The translations under genes were made by a program, and so were the position numbers. The notes under the pieces were generated by a model. It was not told the DNA's origin, ran no database searches, and saw only the letters and a list, made by a program, of their open reading frames with translations. Below, in pieces: positions 50,910-64,000 of a stretch of 64,000 bases of DNA. Each line of letters begins with the position of its first letter. The first letter of the stretch is position 1. Source of the DNA: Octopus bimaculoides (taxonomy: Eukaryota); contig NC_068982.1 in the NCBI RefSeq assembly GCF_001194135.2, positions 172,743,677 to 172,807,676 on the forward strand. The letters are read 5' to 3'.

Positions 50910-51115
50910 TTATCTGCTTAGCATTTAAAACTACCATATCCAGCCCAAATATTCTATGTTTTATGTTCAAAGTCACTATCTTACAATGTCATTTGAAAAA
51001 TAAACAGTCACATTATTGAAATCTCATAGCTATGAGATAATGCTTCATTGATTCTAGAGAAGGTGAATAAATAAGCATTACATTTGACAGTAATCTAAAT
51101 GCAAAAGGGTTGCGT
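50910..51115 (-). mobile_element. TTAA MITE family 1
   Basis: Reverse-complement homolog of 58109-58326. Confidence 0.7.
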
Positions 51116-51824
51116 CTTTCACAGGCACTGTATTCCACAGTTTGGAAGGTCAATATGTAAAGGCAGGTTTAACAAAGTACTTTGCTTGAATACAAGGGTT
51201 GCTATCAAGAAGAGCATCAGACTGTAGAAGACTTCCTCAAGGAGGCTTGTCCAACCCATGTCAACATGGGAAAAGCATATACAAAAATGATGGTAGTGGT
51301 TATGTTGACATTGATGACAAAGAATTATGGCTGAGTCAAGTGGTTGAATCTGTAGAGTATCAAACAAAAATTTCCTAGTGAGGTCTAGTGTTGATAAAAT
51401 AACTTCCAGTCAAGAACTGAAGTTGATTCAGTTTGCCTAAATGGCACTTGGTCGGAAATATGTGGTCTTGTGTCTAATATAGATATCTGTTTTCAGTCAT
51501 TTTGTGTATTTTTGAAAAACTCAGGTAAATGCTTGATTCAGATGTAAAGTTAGTCAACCAGGAGAATACGCTTTTAATTCCTTGCGCTGAGTTCACTCTT
51601 CTGTAGTAAACTATTACCATACTCTGCTACGAAGAATTTTAGTTATCTGTTATGGAGGAAGTTCTGCAAACTGTGAGTGTGTGCATGTGTGTGTGTGTGT
51701 GTGTGTATGGTGTAGTGCTTGTGCAATGTGTATGCAACTGTGAATTTTTTTTTGTGTGTGTGTTTTGTCTGCTGTTTATCTGGTACTAATATTTTAAAAG
51801 AAAGGAATTCTTTAAACAGTGTGT

Positions 51825-51856
<32 letters not shown>

Positions 51857-51961
51857 AATAAAAGCCCCAGAGAAAATGTTCAGATGTGAAATTTTCCAAC
51901 TGGAAATAATATGAAAAGCCCAGTCAGTTGCACAGAAACACAACCTTCTTAAAATCCCCAG

Positions 51962-52030
<69 letters not shown>

Positions 52031-52811
52031 AGCGAGCGAGCGAGCGAGCGAGCGAAAGACTGTCAGACAGACACAGAAGCATATTATTATTTCCAGCTTC
52101 AACTTGAGATTGAAACAAATCAAATTTGATGTCATATAACTCTTTAAATTCTTTTAATCCCTTATTTTCAAACATTCCATGTGATAAGAAGCAGAAAGAA
52201 AGCATTATAATCATTATTCTTTTTTTACTTTTAAATTCTTTATTTATACTTTGCTGTATAAATAAAGAAATAGTACCCAAACAAATAACTCCTTAACCTT
52301 CTCCACCTCCCATGATAAGCATTTGTTTTTTGTTGTCTTTTTATGAATTTAATAAAATTGTTTTTATCATTTACCTTTTTTTTTTTTTTAGTTTGATAGT
52401 AATTTCTCTATTATTTCCTTAGAATGCCATTGATATATGAATGAATGCATAAAACCTTAGTATCATCAAATTCAGTTGTGGTTGTTGTGGGAGTAAGGTA
52501 GGTAGAATAAAGGAATAGATTTAACACTGTTGCACTACCAAAGGCTTGGGTCATTGATGGTGTATGCTTATGCCACATTCCAAGGAATATGGTTAAAAAA
52601 ACAAAAAAAAATTATAAATGGGAAATGTAACTGTGTCATCCTTCAATGCCTCTGGAAGTCTTTTGAAATCAGAATGTGAAGTTATTCTGAATGTAACTAA
52701 ATAATGTAAAGCACTGTTTTGTTCATTGCTCTGTGAATTCACAGCCTAGAAATAATAATTGGTTCTAGCAAAAGCACAAGGCCATAAATTTTGAAGGAAT
52801 AGGTTAGTTGA

Positions 52812-53044
52812 TTAACATTTTTGATGTCAGCCTACCAGAAATAACCTCCATTTCCATTGATACAGGTTCTCCATTGAAAGTGATCTATAAATTAAAACCC
52901 TCCATTTAAATTTCATGCTAATTAATTTACAATCCTAAGCACCATGTACATAACGAGTTATTGCAATAAATTCTTCATTATTTCAGAAGAAATACACTGC
53001 TTTTGTTTCAATTTATTTTGAAAATAAACTAACAAAAGGCTTAA
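52812..53044. mobile_element. TTAA-flanked MITE, family 2 (degraded)
   Basis: TTAA at 52812 and 53041 with weak terminal inverted similarity; family recognised from memory, single copy here. Confidence 0.45.
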
Positions 53045-53389
53045 ATTGACCCCAGTATTTCGTTAATATTTAGTTTTATCAGCCCTGGGAGGATGGAAGG
53101 CAGTTTCACCACGTTTCACAGTTCGTTTTCAACTCACCAACAACACCTAAACATCAGATGTTATCCTACTCTTACTAACACTCCCTACATTTTGTCCCTC
53201 AGTTTTCTCTCATCCAGACACCTGCATAAAAACCATCCCTTTTTTCTTTAACCTGCTGGCACTCAACCATTTAAAAAAATCTATAGACACCTTTGATTCC
53301 TATTTTACAACAAAATCTTGTATATGGACCCCAAGGGCCACAGAGACCCCAGATGAAAACCACTGCTTTAACCAATCTTTTGTCAACCA

Positions 53390-53610
53390 TTTGCATGACA
53401 TGCCCAAACCAGTGCAGTTGTCTCTCCTACATACGTTGACTAATATATTTTTCACCCAACTTATTCTCTGTTCTAGCTTTGTTCTCCAATGAAAATTAAA
53501 ATGGTACATCCAATGAATCATATTCCACTCATTAATATCTTCAGTCCTACATGCCTTATTATGTCTCATTGTTGTGTAACATGTAACGTCTCATTTACAA
53601 ACACTTGCCT
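53390..53610 (-). mobile_element. RTE LINE ORF fragment
   Basis: Minus strand ERQLHWFGHVMQM, homologous to ERRLRWYGHVLQM at 37465-37510. Confidence 0.8.
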
Positions 53611-54604
53611 TGTACAGGGCACATGTTCTAGTTTCAATTTTTTTTTTTTTTCTGTGGGTGTATGTCAAAGCTTATGTTTATTGCAGTTGAAATAAATCAT
53701 AAGTCTACAACACTCGTTTTCACCATTATTGTGTGACAATGACAAGAAAAAAAAAAAATCCAAACAGAAAAAAAAAGAAAGAAAAAAACCTCTGTGCTGA
53801 GTGGAATTAAATGAGATAAATACATAATTAGCATGTGTATGAAGGGCAAGGGGGTAATATACTTATAAGTGTGGAAGAGGTGGGGAAATGTAATATTTTG
53901 CTGATTTGCTGATAAGAAATAATAGTTGATCCGTGTGTAAATGCACATATATAAATAGAACTAGCAACTCTTTCGTAACTAACACAGATGGACATATGTA
54001 CATACATGCATACATAATACAAACTCACTAATATATAAAATTTACAAACATGAATTCCTTTTCTTTCTGATATATTTAGTAATTGTGCATGTATGTATTT
54101 AGTCTTTGTGTTTATGAAACACACAAATACACAAAAAAACATGTGGGTGGGTGAGTGGGATGGTTGATCTCATCCTATAAAGACACTATCACACACTCAA
54201 ACAAGATTATCTATCTTCAACATTTTTACTTCTCAATGTCATGTCTTGAAACAGAGAACTAAGATTCAGATGAGACAGATCAGTAAAACATGTTCTATTC
54301 TTGATTACATTTGTTTTGTTTCACCTTTAATGGAAAAAAAACATGATTGCTGCTACTTTCCATTCACTGACGGGTAAAATATCTGGCTTGTGCTGACGAG
54401 ACAAATAACCTAAAAGCCTGCAGTTCATATGTTGTTGCAGGCTCTGGACTGTATCTGCAGTAAAGACGCTCACTGCTCCGAATCGTCCAAACAAATGAGA
54501 TGGTCGTATGTTTCTTGTTTGGGAGACTAGAAACAAATCCGACAATCTCCTATGAACCAAAGTACTTGATTGTTGTTTGACCTCTGCAGATTTTGAACTT
54601 TGAT

Positions 54605-54935
54605 GCATAGGGGGGCATTATAGCGATGTGTTGAGAGGAATTCTTTGGGGTTTGGATAATTCACCTTTGGAAACAGGTATTTCGTTCGACATCCTTAGCG
54701 ATATGGACTACTCGACCTGAACAAAAATTCTAACTGGGCCCCACCTGCAAGGTCATGCGATGTTTATCTTGATATGAGACCACCATGTCGCGCACATATG
54801 GTTGTAATGCATGCGCCTGGTGTACCCTTATCAGAGGGTAGTCATGATGGGTATACTGGGCTTCGTATATTTTACCACAGTGTCACTTTGATAGCTTGCA
54901 CTGTTCTCTCACTCAATGATAATAATAATTTTTCA
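54605..54935 (+). mobile_element. Retroposon 3' end with (AAT)n tail (LINE 3' UTR-like)
   Basis: Ends TCTCTCACTCAATGATAATAATAAT; recognised from memory as a common octopus repeat, single copy in window. Confidence 0.45.
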
Positions 54936-54939
54936 ATTT

Positions 54940-55480
54940 TGACACAAGACCAGCAATTTCGAGGTGTGGTTTAATTTGATTACATTGACCCCAGTACTCA
55001 ACTGGTACTTATTTTGTCAGTCCTGAAAAGATGACAGACAAAGTCAACCTCAGTGGAATCTGAACTCAGCATTTTGCCCAGCATGGTAACGATTCTGCCA
55101 GCTCACCACATTATCTACACTGCATAATAATAGTTTTAAATTTTGGCACAAGGCCAGTGATTTTAGGGGAAGGATTGAGTCGATTACATCGCCCCCCCCT
55201 CCCTTCCCCTCAATCCCCAGTGTTTAAACTGGTAGTCATCTTATCGGTCCCGAAAGGATGAGAGGCTAAGTCAACCTCAATTGAATTTGAACCCAAAAGG
55301 AAAGTGAAGACAGACAAAATGTCGCTAAGCATATTTCCCCCCTGCATGCTCACGATTCTGCCCGCTTGCCACTTTAATAATAATTGTTTCTAATTTAATC
55401 ACAAGGTCAGCAATTTTCAGAGTAGGATTAGTCAGTATCATCAGCCAAATTCAGTGTTTGACTGGTAAAGATAAAAGGTC
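54940..55480 (-). mobile_element. Three tandem SINE family C copies
   Basis: Each copy starts on + with (AAT)n..CACAAG(A/G)(C/T)CAG; two contain AAGTCAACCTCA and ACGATTCTGCC. Confidence 0.8.
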
Positions 55481-55526
55481 AGAAGACATAACACAAAGCA
55501 TTTTTCTAATGCACTAACAATTCAAT

Positions 55527-55920
<394 letters not shown>

Positions 55921-56212
55921 TTGAACACATTGCAGACACTTTCCAATGGACGACGATGCAGATACTACTGAAGTATGATATGCACCTAGTGGTGCAGTTG
56001 CAGCTTGCTTGAAACTTTTGAAAATAATATTATTGATGATGGTTTCTTTATTGCCACAAGGAGGAAACATCATATGGATAAAATGATATGTAAAAAATCT
56101 GGTCACTAAATCTATCTATCTATCTATCTATCTACATTTATCTGTATGTATGTATTATCTATCTATCTATCTATCTACATTTATCTGTATCTATTTCTAT
56201 CTATCTATCTAC

Positions 56213-56251
<39 letters not shown>

Positions 56252-56963
56252 TACNNNNNNNNNNCACACACACACACATACATACCAAGTGAGTGTCCTT
56301 TCTATTTATTCTGGATTACTCTAGCTATGAAACACTGCCAGTTGTGGACTTTGGCTCCCTCAGTACATCCAAGGTGAGAAACTTCAAAAGAAAGGTATTT
56401 TAATAAAAAAAAAAATTAAAAAAATAAAAAAACTCTGACAATGATCTATTTATCTATTATCATTGTGTGGGGGGACAGAGGCAGAAGATGGAATAAAAAG
56501 AACAAAAAACAAAAGCACAAAAATCTTCAAACACAACACACAAAGTAACAGAAAAAAAGAACAACACACCAAAAAAATCATTATACAAAAACAAAGAAAA
56601 AAAAATGCAAAAATACTAGACTGCCTGTTGGGCAAGCAGAGAGGTCTACTTATATAGCTTACTAATTGAATCAATATACGCTCTGTGCCCATCATCTCCT
56701 TAGCACATGACCCAGTTTTAATTGCTGCTGTAGAGTTGTTTTTGTTTTTTTTTTGTCGTTTATTTTTTTTGAGAGGAGAAGCTGTTTTGTTGTCTTTTTT
56801 TTCTATATTTGTGTGTGTGTGTTTTTTTAATATTTTTCTTTACCTCAAGTGTACCACAACAGCTAAGCCATGCTGCTCCTGTAGTGTGCTTATTTGCTGA
56901 GCGCAGCATTACACAATTTCTTTTGTGTATATCTGCGTGTGTGCGTGTATATATATGTGTGTG

Positions 56964-57019
<56 letters not shown>

Positions 57020-58108
57020 AAGAATGTGTTTGTGTGTGTGTGTCGATGTGTTTCTCTTGCCAGCCAGCCAGCTATTCATGTTATTAAAAAGCTGTCATTT
57101 TGTACCTATACTGATCTCGCCTGCAATGCTCGCCACGTTTGCATACTTAATTTGCTTTACCTTTGCATCTATGTGTAAAAAAAAATAAATAAAATAAAAA
57201 AATAAAAAAGTAGTCTTTGTGTGGTTTTTGAGTGGATCTAAGGATAGAGGGAGAGGGGGGAGTATTTAGGAGTACGTGTACTTTATATGTATTTGCATAC
57301 ACGTGTATGCCCACTAACACACACACACACATGAGACAGGTTTTTTTTTTTTCCATGTTTTAATTTCTCTGCATCTATGTATGTGTGTTTTACGTACTTT
57401 TTATACATCTGTATGTATGTATATATACATTTATATTCACAAATGTACCTGTGTGTGTGTGTGTGTGTGTTAAACTGTGTTGGTATGAAAACAGATATAT
57501 TTGTGTGTATACATAAAGGGCAGGTGTATTTGTGTGTCTGAAAGGTGTGATGCTTGTGTGTGTGTGTGTGTGTGTTTCTTGCATGTATGCAGCACCATCC
57601 TCGTTGAGACTTTCTACAACTGGTAATGGTTTAATGGAAAAGCAAAAACAGAAACAAGAGAGAGAGAGAAAGCAAAAAGTCAAATTGTATATAAAATACA
57701 TGAATAATGTATAAATGCAACTGGAACACACTTCGACATATACACTCATTGCTTTTTCTGCTTTACTTTATGCACATCCACACTTTCTCCTATCGTAATT
57801 GTTCTCTTTCTCTCTCTTCTGTGATTTTTTTTCTTTTTTTCTTTGCCATATCAAATTTCTCTCTTCTCACCTTTTTTCTTTCATCTCTTAACCTGCTGAT
57901 GGCATATAAGAACTGAACGCATCTAGCATCATGTATGCATTCATATATGTGTATACATACGCATGCACACACACGTGTGTATGCAGTGGTTTGCATTAAG
58001 GAGGGTAGGCAGCTGTAGAAATACCAAAGCCAAGACATTAGCAGAAGACGTGTCCCTTCTGGCTTACTGGGTTCTGTTAAACTGTCCAACTCATTACTCC
58101 AGTAACTA

Positions 58109-58326
58109 TTAACTCGTTAGCATTCAAATTATCCTGTCAAATGCAATGCTTACTTATTCACATTGCTTTGAATTAAGCATGCATTATCTTGTGGCTTTGA
58201 GATTTCAATGATGTGATTGCCTGTTTCCAGGATAACATTGTAGGTTAGGTGTGAGGGGCCAGATCTGGTCAGTTTCAACTTAAAATAGGTAGAAAATTTT
58301 GGCTGATTTGATTACTAAAAGGTTAA
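58109..58326 (+). mobile_element. Complete TTAA-flanked MITE, family 1 (piggyBac-type)
   Basis: TTAA|CTCGTTAGCATTCAAAT ... ATTTGATTACTAAAAGG|TTAA: imperfect TIRs and TTAA target duplication; 4 copies in window. Confidence 0.8.
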
Positions 58327-58419
58327 AATGATGGTTATGATGACAATGATGATATCATATACATATATGGGTTTGTGTCTGTGTTATATATATATATAAA
58401 TATAAATATAAATCCAAAT

Positions 58420-58701
58420 CAAAATCTCAATCAATTCGAAATGGAAATTGTAGTTGTGGCCAATGTCAGTGTCACCTCACTGGCTCCCATGCTGGTGGCA
58501 CATAAAAGCACCCACTACACTCTCAGAGTGGTTGGCATTAGAAAGGGCACCCAGCTGTAGAAACCTTGCCAGATCAGATTGGAGCCTGGTGCAGCCTTCT
58601 GGCTTGCTAGTCCCCAGTCAAACTGTCCAACCTGTGCCAGTCCCCAATCAAACAACCTAACCCATGGCAGCATGGAAAATGGACGTTAAATGATGATGAT
58701 G

Positions 58702-58705
<4 letters not shown>
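58420..58705 (+). mobile_element. RTE 3' UTR (5'-truncated) with (GAT)n tail
   Basis: ATGGAAATTGTAGTTGTGG...GGTGGCACATAAAAGCACC...GGACGTTAAATGATGATGAT, homologous to 37845-38178. Confidence 0.85.
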
Positions 58706-58774
<69 letters not shown>

Positions 58775-59241
58775 NNNNNNNNNNCTCTCTCTCTCTCTCT
58801 CACACAGAGCTTTACCTACATATACATATATTTGTAGAATCTTTTGCACTCACAACTAACAGTATATATATATTCTTGTCAAACACATCTTGAGACAGCT
58901 ACACATAAACACATCATAGTTTTGTCATATATGTGCACATAATTTCAATATTTGTTTAGGACAAAGTACAAATTGCTGATTTTGGTATTTTGTATCTATT
59001 ATTATTTGTAGTTTTATGGCTTACTTTTTGCATTTTTTATTACTTGTTGTTTATTATAAATTTTCCTAATGGAGACTGAGTTGGCTTCTGTCCCACACAG
59101 ATGAGGTGGATGTCTTTTAATATCGGTCTACTCCAATTGGTTCGACCTAAATTTATTATCATTCCTGTTGGTTTTCTTCTGTTGCTATTTGCTGTACTTT
59201 TTGTTCCCATTAGGTTAAAAAAAAAAAATTGTTTTTTCCTT

Positions 59242-59295
59242 GTCCCTTCCCACCACTCAGTCCCTTCCCACCACTCAGTCCCTTCCCACCACTCA
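59242..59295. repeat. 18-bp tandem repeat x3
   Basis: GTCCCTTCCCACCACTCA three exact times. Confidence 0.95.
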
Positions 59296-59454
59296 TTCAT
59301 GAGGTCGATCATCACCTTTTTGTTTGTTTGCTTTTTTTTTTTAATGGAAGTTGAGTGAAACTGTTGCAAGGAGGTTTGCTGATGTACATCTTCATGCATA
59401 TTTACTAACAAAAATCAATCTGAGAAAAGGAAGGAAGGATGATGATGATGATGA

Positions 59455-60760
59455 TAATCCTTTGTTATTTTGGGACAAGGCCAGCAATTTTGATGGGTAG
59501 GGAAGTTGATTACATAGGCCCCAGTCCTCAACTGATACTTTGCTTATCAACCCCAAAATAATGAAAGGTGAAGTCAACCTCAACAGAGTTTGAACTCAGA
59601 GCATAAAGGTGAATGAAATGCTGCTAAGCATCCTCTCAGCACTAGCTTGGGAACACAATTTGCTTAGTGGGAGCAAACGCAGGTCCCAAAATTTTTACAA
59701 ACAAGGTCTTATTGTTATTTCTTTTAGTTTTGTTCTTTGAGAAGAAACCTTACTAAAAGCTACTTCTTCAAGCTGTTTTCTAAACCTGAGAAAAGTAAGT
59801 AGAGGGTGCAAATTTTGATTTTTACACCCCGCCAAAGTTTTAGAGAGTGCGCTGGCGCCCCTTACTCCTCCTGTTCCCAGGCCCATACCTGTCAGTTGTG
59901 CTAATGATTCTACCAGCTCACCACCTTCATGATAATCCTTTCTACTATATGCACAAGGGCTGAAATTTTGGGTGAGGGAGCTAGTCGATCCCACTGCTCA
60001 GCTGGGATTTATTTTAACAACGCAAAAAGGATAGAAGGTAAAATTGGCCTTGTCTGCATTTGAACAAAAATGTAGAACCAGAGGAAATCCTGCTAAGCAT
60101 TTTGTTGGCATGGTAACAATTCTGCCAGTGTACTGCTGAATGATGATAATAATAATAATAATAATAATTCCTTTCTACTATAGGCACAAGGCCTGAAATT
60201 TTAGGGGAGGGGGATAGCTGATTACATTGACCCCAGTTTTCAACTGGTGCTTACTTTAATGATCCCAAAAGGACAAAAGGCGAAGTCGACTTTGGCGGAA
60301 TTTGAACTCAGAATGTAAAAACAGACAAAATGTCACTAAATGGACTGGGTGCTCTTTCTGATGCCAACCCTTTCCTGTTTTGCATGTAATATAGGTTTAG
60401 ATCCTTAAACAGTCAAGCAGGACATGTCGGCTTTACCTGGTATGTGGATGATTCTGCCAGCTTGTTGCCTTCGGGATAATAATGGTAATGGTTTCGAATT
60501 TTGACCCCAGTGTTCAACTGGTACTTACTTTATTGACCCTGAAAGGATGAAAAGTAAAGTCAACCTTGGCGGAATTTGAACCCAGAATGCAGTGACGGGC
60601 AAGATACCGCTAATTATTTTGTCCAGCATGCTAATGATTCTGCATAATAATAATAATGATAATGATAAAATTTATTTCAACTTTAGGGTAAGAGGAATAG
60701 TCAATTATATTAACCTCAGTACATGACTGGTACTTTATTTTATCAACCCTGAAAGGAAGA
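59455..60760 (-). mobile_element. Array of about 5 SINE family C copies
   Basis: Copies at ~59455, 59930, 60165, 60478 and 60660, each preceded on + by (GAT)/(AAT) runs. Confidence 0.8.
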
Positions 60761-61924
60761 AATGCCAGTGCCTAGCTGTACTGAGCAATAAAATAATTTG
60801 AAGAAAGAAAAAATACCGTCTAATATGAATAGATGATGAATAGGTGAATAGATAATATAAAATAGAGCTGCAACAAAAATAGCTATTATTGCTGCCTTAA
60901 ACACAACTACCATTACCACCACCACTGCACCAACTACTACTACCAGTAGCAACACCAATCACCTGCTCTCTGCTTGAGTCTGACCTATAATATAGTCTTG
61001 AAATATCCAGTCACTAAACATTGGTAAAAATCACTGATCCGACATCCTGGATAGATGTGTACATTGTATGTGTGTGTTTATGTTGGTGTCTACTTATATA
61101 TTGGTGTGCTTTTGTGTATGCATGTATGTATGTATATATATATATTTATNNNNNNNNNNNNNNNNNNNNNNNNNNNNNNNNNNNNNNNNNNNNNNNNNNN
61201 NNNNNNNNNNNNNNNNNNNNNNNNNNNNNNNNNNNNNNNNNNNNNNNNNNNNNNNNNNNNNNNNNNNNNNNNNNNNNNNNNNNNNNNNNNNNNNNNNNNN
61301 NNNNNNNNNNNNNNNNNNNNNNNNNNNNNNNNNNNNNNNNNNNNNNNNNNNNNNNNNNNNNNNNNNNNNNNNNNNNNNNNNNNNNNNNNNNNNNNNNNNN
61401 NNNNNNNNNNNNNNTGGGTAGGTGTGTGCAAAGCAAAGTCAGTTTCCATCATTAAATTCATAAGAAACATAAAGCAATAAAAGTACAAGAGAAAAAAAAA
61501 AAACCTGGAAAAGGAAAACAAAACAAAACAAGACGAAAAAAAATGACATACAAAAGTAGCAATGTTTCTTTTCTCTTTCCCTACTTAATGTTGACAAAAC
61601 TTACAGCAAAACGCAACAAAGTATGCTAGTAAGGAAACCAGACTTAAAGTGATGGTGGTGATGGTGATGATAATACATAGAGGCACAGTGTGGCTCAGAG
61701 GTTCCCCTTGCAACCATGTGGTTTTAGACACAGTCCCATTGTGCATAACCTTGAGCAAGTGTTTTCTACTATAGTTCAGGTCCATCCCATGCTTTATTAG
61801 TGAAATTGGCAGACAGAATCTATGAGGAAGCCCATTGTATTCGTGTGTGTGCATGTGTGCCTATGTAGGTATCAATTGAGCATGTTATTAGCACTGCCTA
61901 AGCAAAAGATGTCAACATTGTTTT

Positions 61925-62345
61925 TATGTTAGGTGTGGGTATGGCTATGTGCTGAGAAGGTTTGCTTCCCAATCATATGGTTCTGAGATTAATCCCACAT
62001 ATGTGAAATCTTGAGCAAGTATCTTTTACTATAGCAGCCCTGGGCTGACAGACCCTTGTGAACAGATTTGGTGTGGATAGTAAAGAAACCCATCATATAT
62101 ATTTGTGTGTGTGTGTGTGTGTGTGTATATATAGGTATATTTGTGTGTGCCTTTGTGTTTGTCCCCTACCATGACTTGACAACTGGTGTTGATTTGTTTG
62201 CATCTTTGTTCCTTACAAGTTCGGCAAAAGGAGATTGACAAAATAAGTACCCGCTTTGAAAAACAAATACTGGGGTCAATTTACTCAGCCACACCCTTCA
62301 AGCTGTGCCCTGGCATGAACCTTGTCCAGTGGCCGAAACAAGTAA
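61925..62345 (+). mobile_element. Full-length SINE family B (a second head + core at 61680-61850)
   Basis: Head, (TG)n core and 3' module homologous to 1179-1530. Confidence 0.8.
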
Positions 62346-62774
62346 GATTCCATCAGTTGTTATGTAGTTTAGCAGACATGTCTAGCTTGACTGCTTAAGG
62401 ATGAAAACATATTTTTCTTGCAAAACAAGAAAGGGTTGGCATCAGGATGAGCATCCAATCCTTGAAATCCTCCTCAATTAAGTTTTGTCTATCCCTTGCT
62501 GGCAGCAAACAAAAGAGAAAAATGGCCATAAAAGCAATGATAATGATGACGTATATACATGCGGAAGACACTTTTACATCTATATACTAACATTCATTTT
62601 AACAAAGAAGTGTTTCAATTGTTGAAACAATAGAACCACAAGCTCACTTGAAGTGTAAGTGTTTAAGTATTCCACTCCTCAGATACATTTTTATCCATTA
62701 TGAAATGCTTGAGTGGAATCAATGAAGCCGTGCACGTGTGTGGCAAGGCTGTACCTTTGCTTCATAATGTACAG

Positions 62775-62868
62775 TCTAGCCATGCATGGGTTTCTATGCA
62801 ATGTCTAGTTTGTCCAATTTTACTGACAGTACTTGCAACACCCCGAAGCTGTAGTGGAATACATACAG
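62775..62868 (+). other. Candidate exon encoding a signal-peptide-like MQCLVCPILLTVLATPRSCSGIHT (ATG 62796, phase 1)
   Basis: CTTTGCTTCATAATGTACAG| acceptor, ACAG|GTAAAT donor, open frame, hydrophobic core. Confidence 0.3.
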
Positions 62869-63011
62869 GTAAATACCATTTATCATATTGATTGTGGGCA
62901 AATTTTAGCATTTGATCAGCATTATTAATCATGGTCATTACTTTGTATTTATAGTGGGCAACTACCTTAAAGTTATAGGGCTTTAAGCTCTTGGTTGTCC
63001 TATTATATTGT

Positions 63012-63230
63012 GAAGGCAGCGAGCTGGCAGAATTGTTAGTGCACCGAGCAAAATGCTTAGCGGCATTTAGTCTATCTTTACGTTTTGAGTTCAAATTCTG
63101 CCAAAGTTGACTTTGCTTTTCATACTTTCAGGGTTGATAAAATGAGTACCAGTGGAGCAACCGGGATCAATGTAAATGACTATCCATTCCCCCAAATTGC
63201 AGGCTTTGTGCCTATTGAAGAAAGGATATT
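63012..63230 (+). mobile_element. Full-length SINE family C
   Basis: AAGGCAGCGAGCTGGCAGAA...GAGTTCAAATTCTGCC...GGCTTTGTGCCTATTGAAGAAAGGATATT. Confidence 0.85.
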
Positions 63231-63715
63231 GCAAAATGCAGTAGTGATTTTGCTGTGAGGGACAAGACCATCACTTTCCCTCCAGGTGTGCAGCTTTGTC
63301 AAAGAGACAAGGTGCAGAAAAATATGCTTCTAAAATACTGTATGCATTTTCTCACTGACCAGGAATCTTCACAGATGCTGTGGCCTTAGTGCATGCTTGT
63401 GCATTATCTGCCATGGTGGAGGGTGCTGGCGGCAGGTGGACCATCTAACCAGTAGCTTGTACAAGAAGAGAAAGTGCATATGCTGCAGCAGGCATGAGCA
63501 ACCCTTTTTTGAGAAGCGGGTTGCACAAGGTGGAATGGTCTCCTAAAAGGACTCAAAGTAATTTTATATTGAGTTTGCCATTCAGAAAATCCTGTGAGCC
63601 ACATATAGCCTGCAGTTTTGCACTAGACTGTGTGCTGCAACATAATCAGTAATAGTTTCTAACGTTGACATAGTCTATAAGAGAAAAACTGTAAAAGTGA
63701 TGATCAACTTTGGTG

Positions 63716-64000
63716 TCATCATCATCATCATCATCATCGTTTAACGTCCGCTTTCCATGCTAGCATGGGTTGGACGATTTGACTGAGGACTGGTGAAACC
63801 GGATGGCAACACCAGGCTCCAGTCTAATTTGGCAGAGTTTCTACAGCTGGATGCCCTTCCTAACGCCAACCACTCAGAGAGTGTAGTGGGTGCTTTTACG
63901 TGTCACCCGCACGAAAACGGCCACGCTCGAAATGGTGTCTTTTATGTGCCACCCACACAAACCAGTCCAGGGGCACTGGCAACGATCTCGCTCGAAAATC
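63716..64000 (-). mobile_element. Young RTE 3' end running off the window edge
   Basis: (CAT)n-CGTTTAACGTCCGCTTTCCATGCTAGC...; CpG-rich in a CpG-poor neighbourhood. Confidence 0.92.

Noticed and set aside
54327-54608. 93-aa minus-strand ORF
   Set aside because: No recognisable domain or splice frame; antisense to the inferred transcription unit.
59242-59295. CRISPR-like or other spacer array
   Set aside because: Direct tandem copies with no spacers; eukaryotic context. No repeat-spacer array anywhere in the window.

Overview
AT-rich, microsatellite-dense, gapped (11 N-runs) eukaryotic sequence. Its repeat families (tRNA-headed SINEs with TG/TA cores, RTE-LINE 3' ends with (GAT)n tails, TTAA MITEs) match what I recall from octopus/coleoid genomes; that taxonomic call is inference. 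I found no recognisable complete protein-coding gene. Almost all supplied ORFs are microsatellite, N-gap or transposon artefacts. Supported content: (1) a 5-kb transposon graveyard at 11.0-16.4 kb holding a pogo/Tigger relic, a CR1/L2-type LINE relic, an internally deleted Tc1/mariner element with both TIRs and DD36E catalytic spacing (Incomer-type), and an unclassified retroelement-like relic, all on the minus strand and bracketed by two copies of a structured repeat; (2) a ~100-bp near-perfect inverted repeat and several short hairpins at 11.1-11.9 kb; (3) a correctly spaced TATA+Inr core promoter and first splice donor at 17.85-17.92 kb on the + strand, followed by a switch from CpG-rich to CpG-depleted DNA, suggesting the remaining ~44 kb is mostly the methylated intronic body of a large gene with a few candidate small exons; (4) many SINE/LINE/MITE copies, including tandem SINE arrays seeded in AAT repeats and young, oppositely oriented RTE tails. 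I cannot demonstrate a novel biological system. The best leads are listed with tests. Coordinates of degenerate repeats are approximate.
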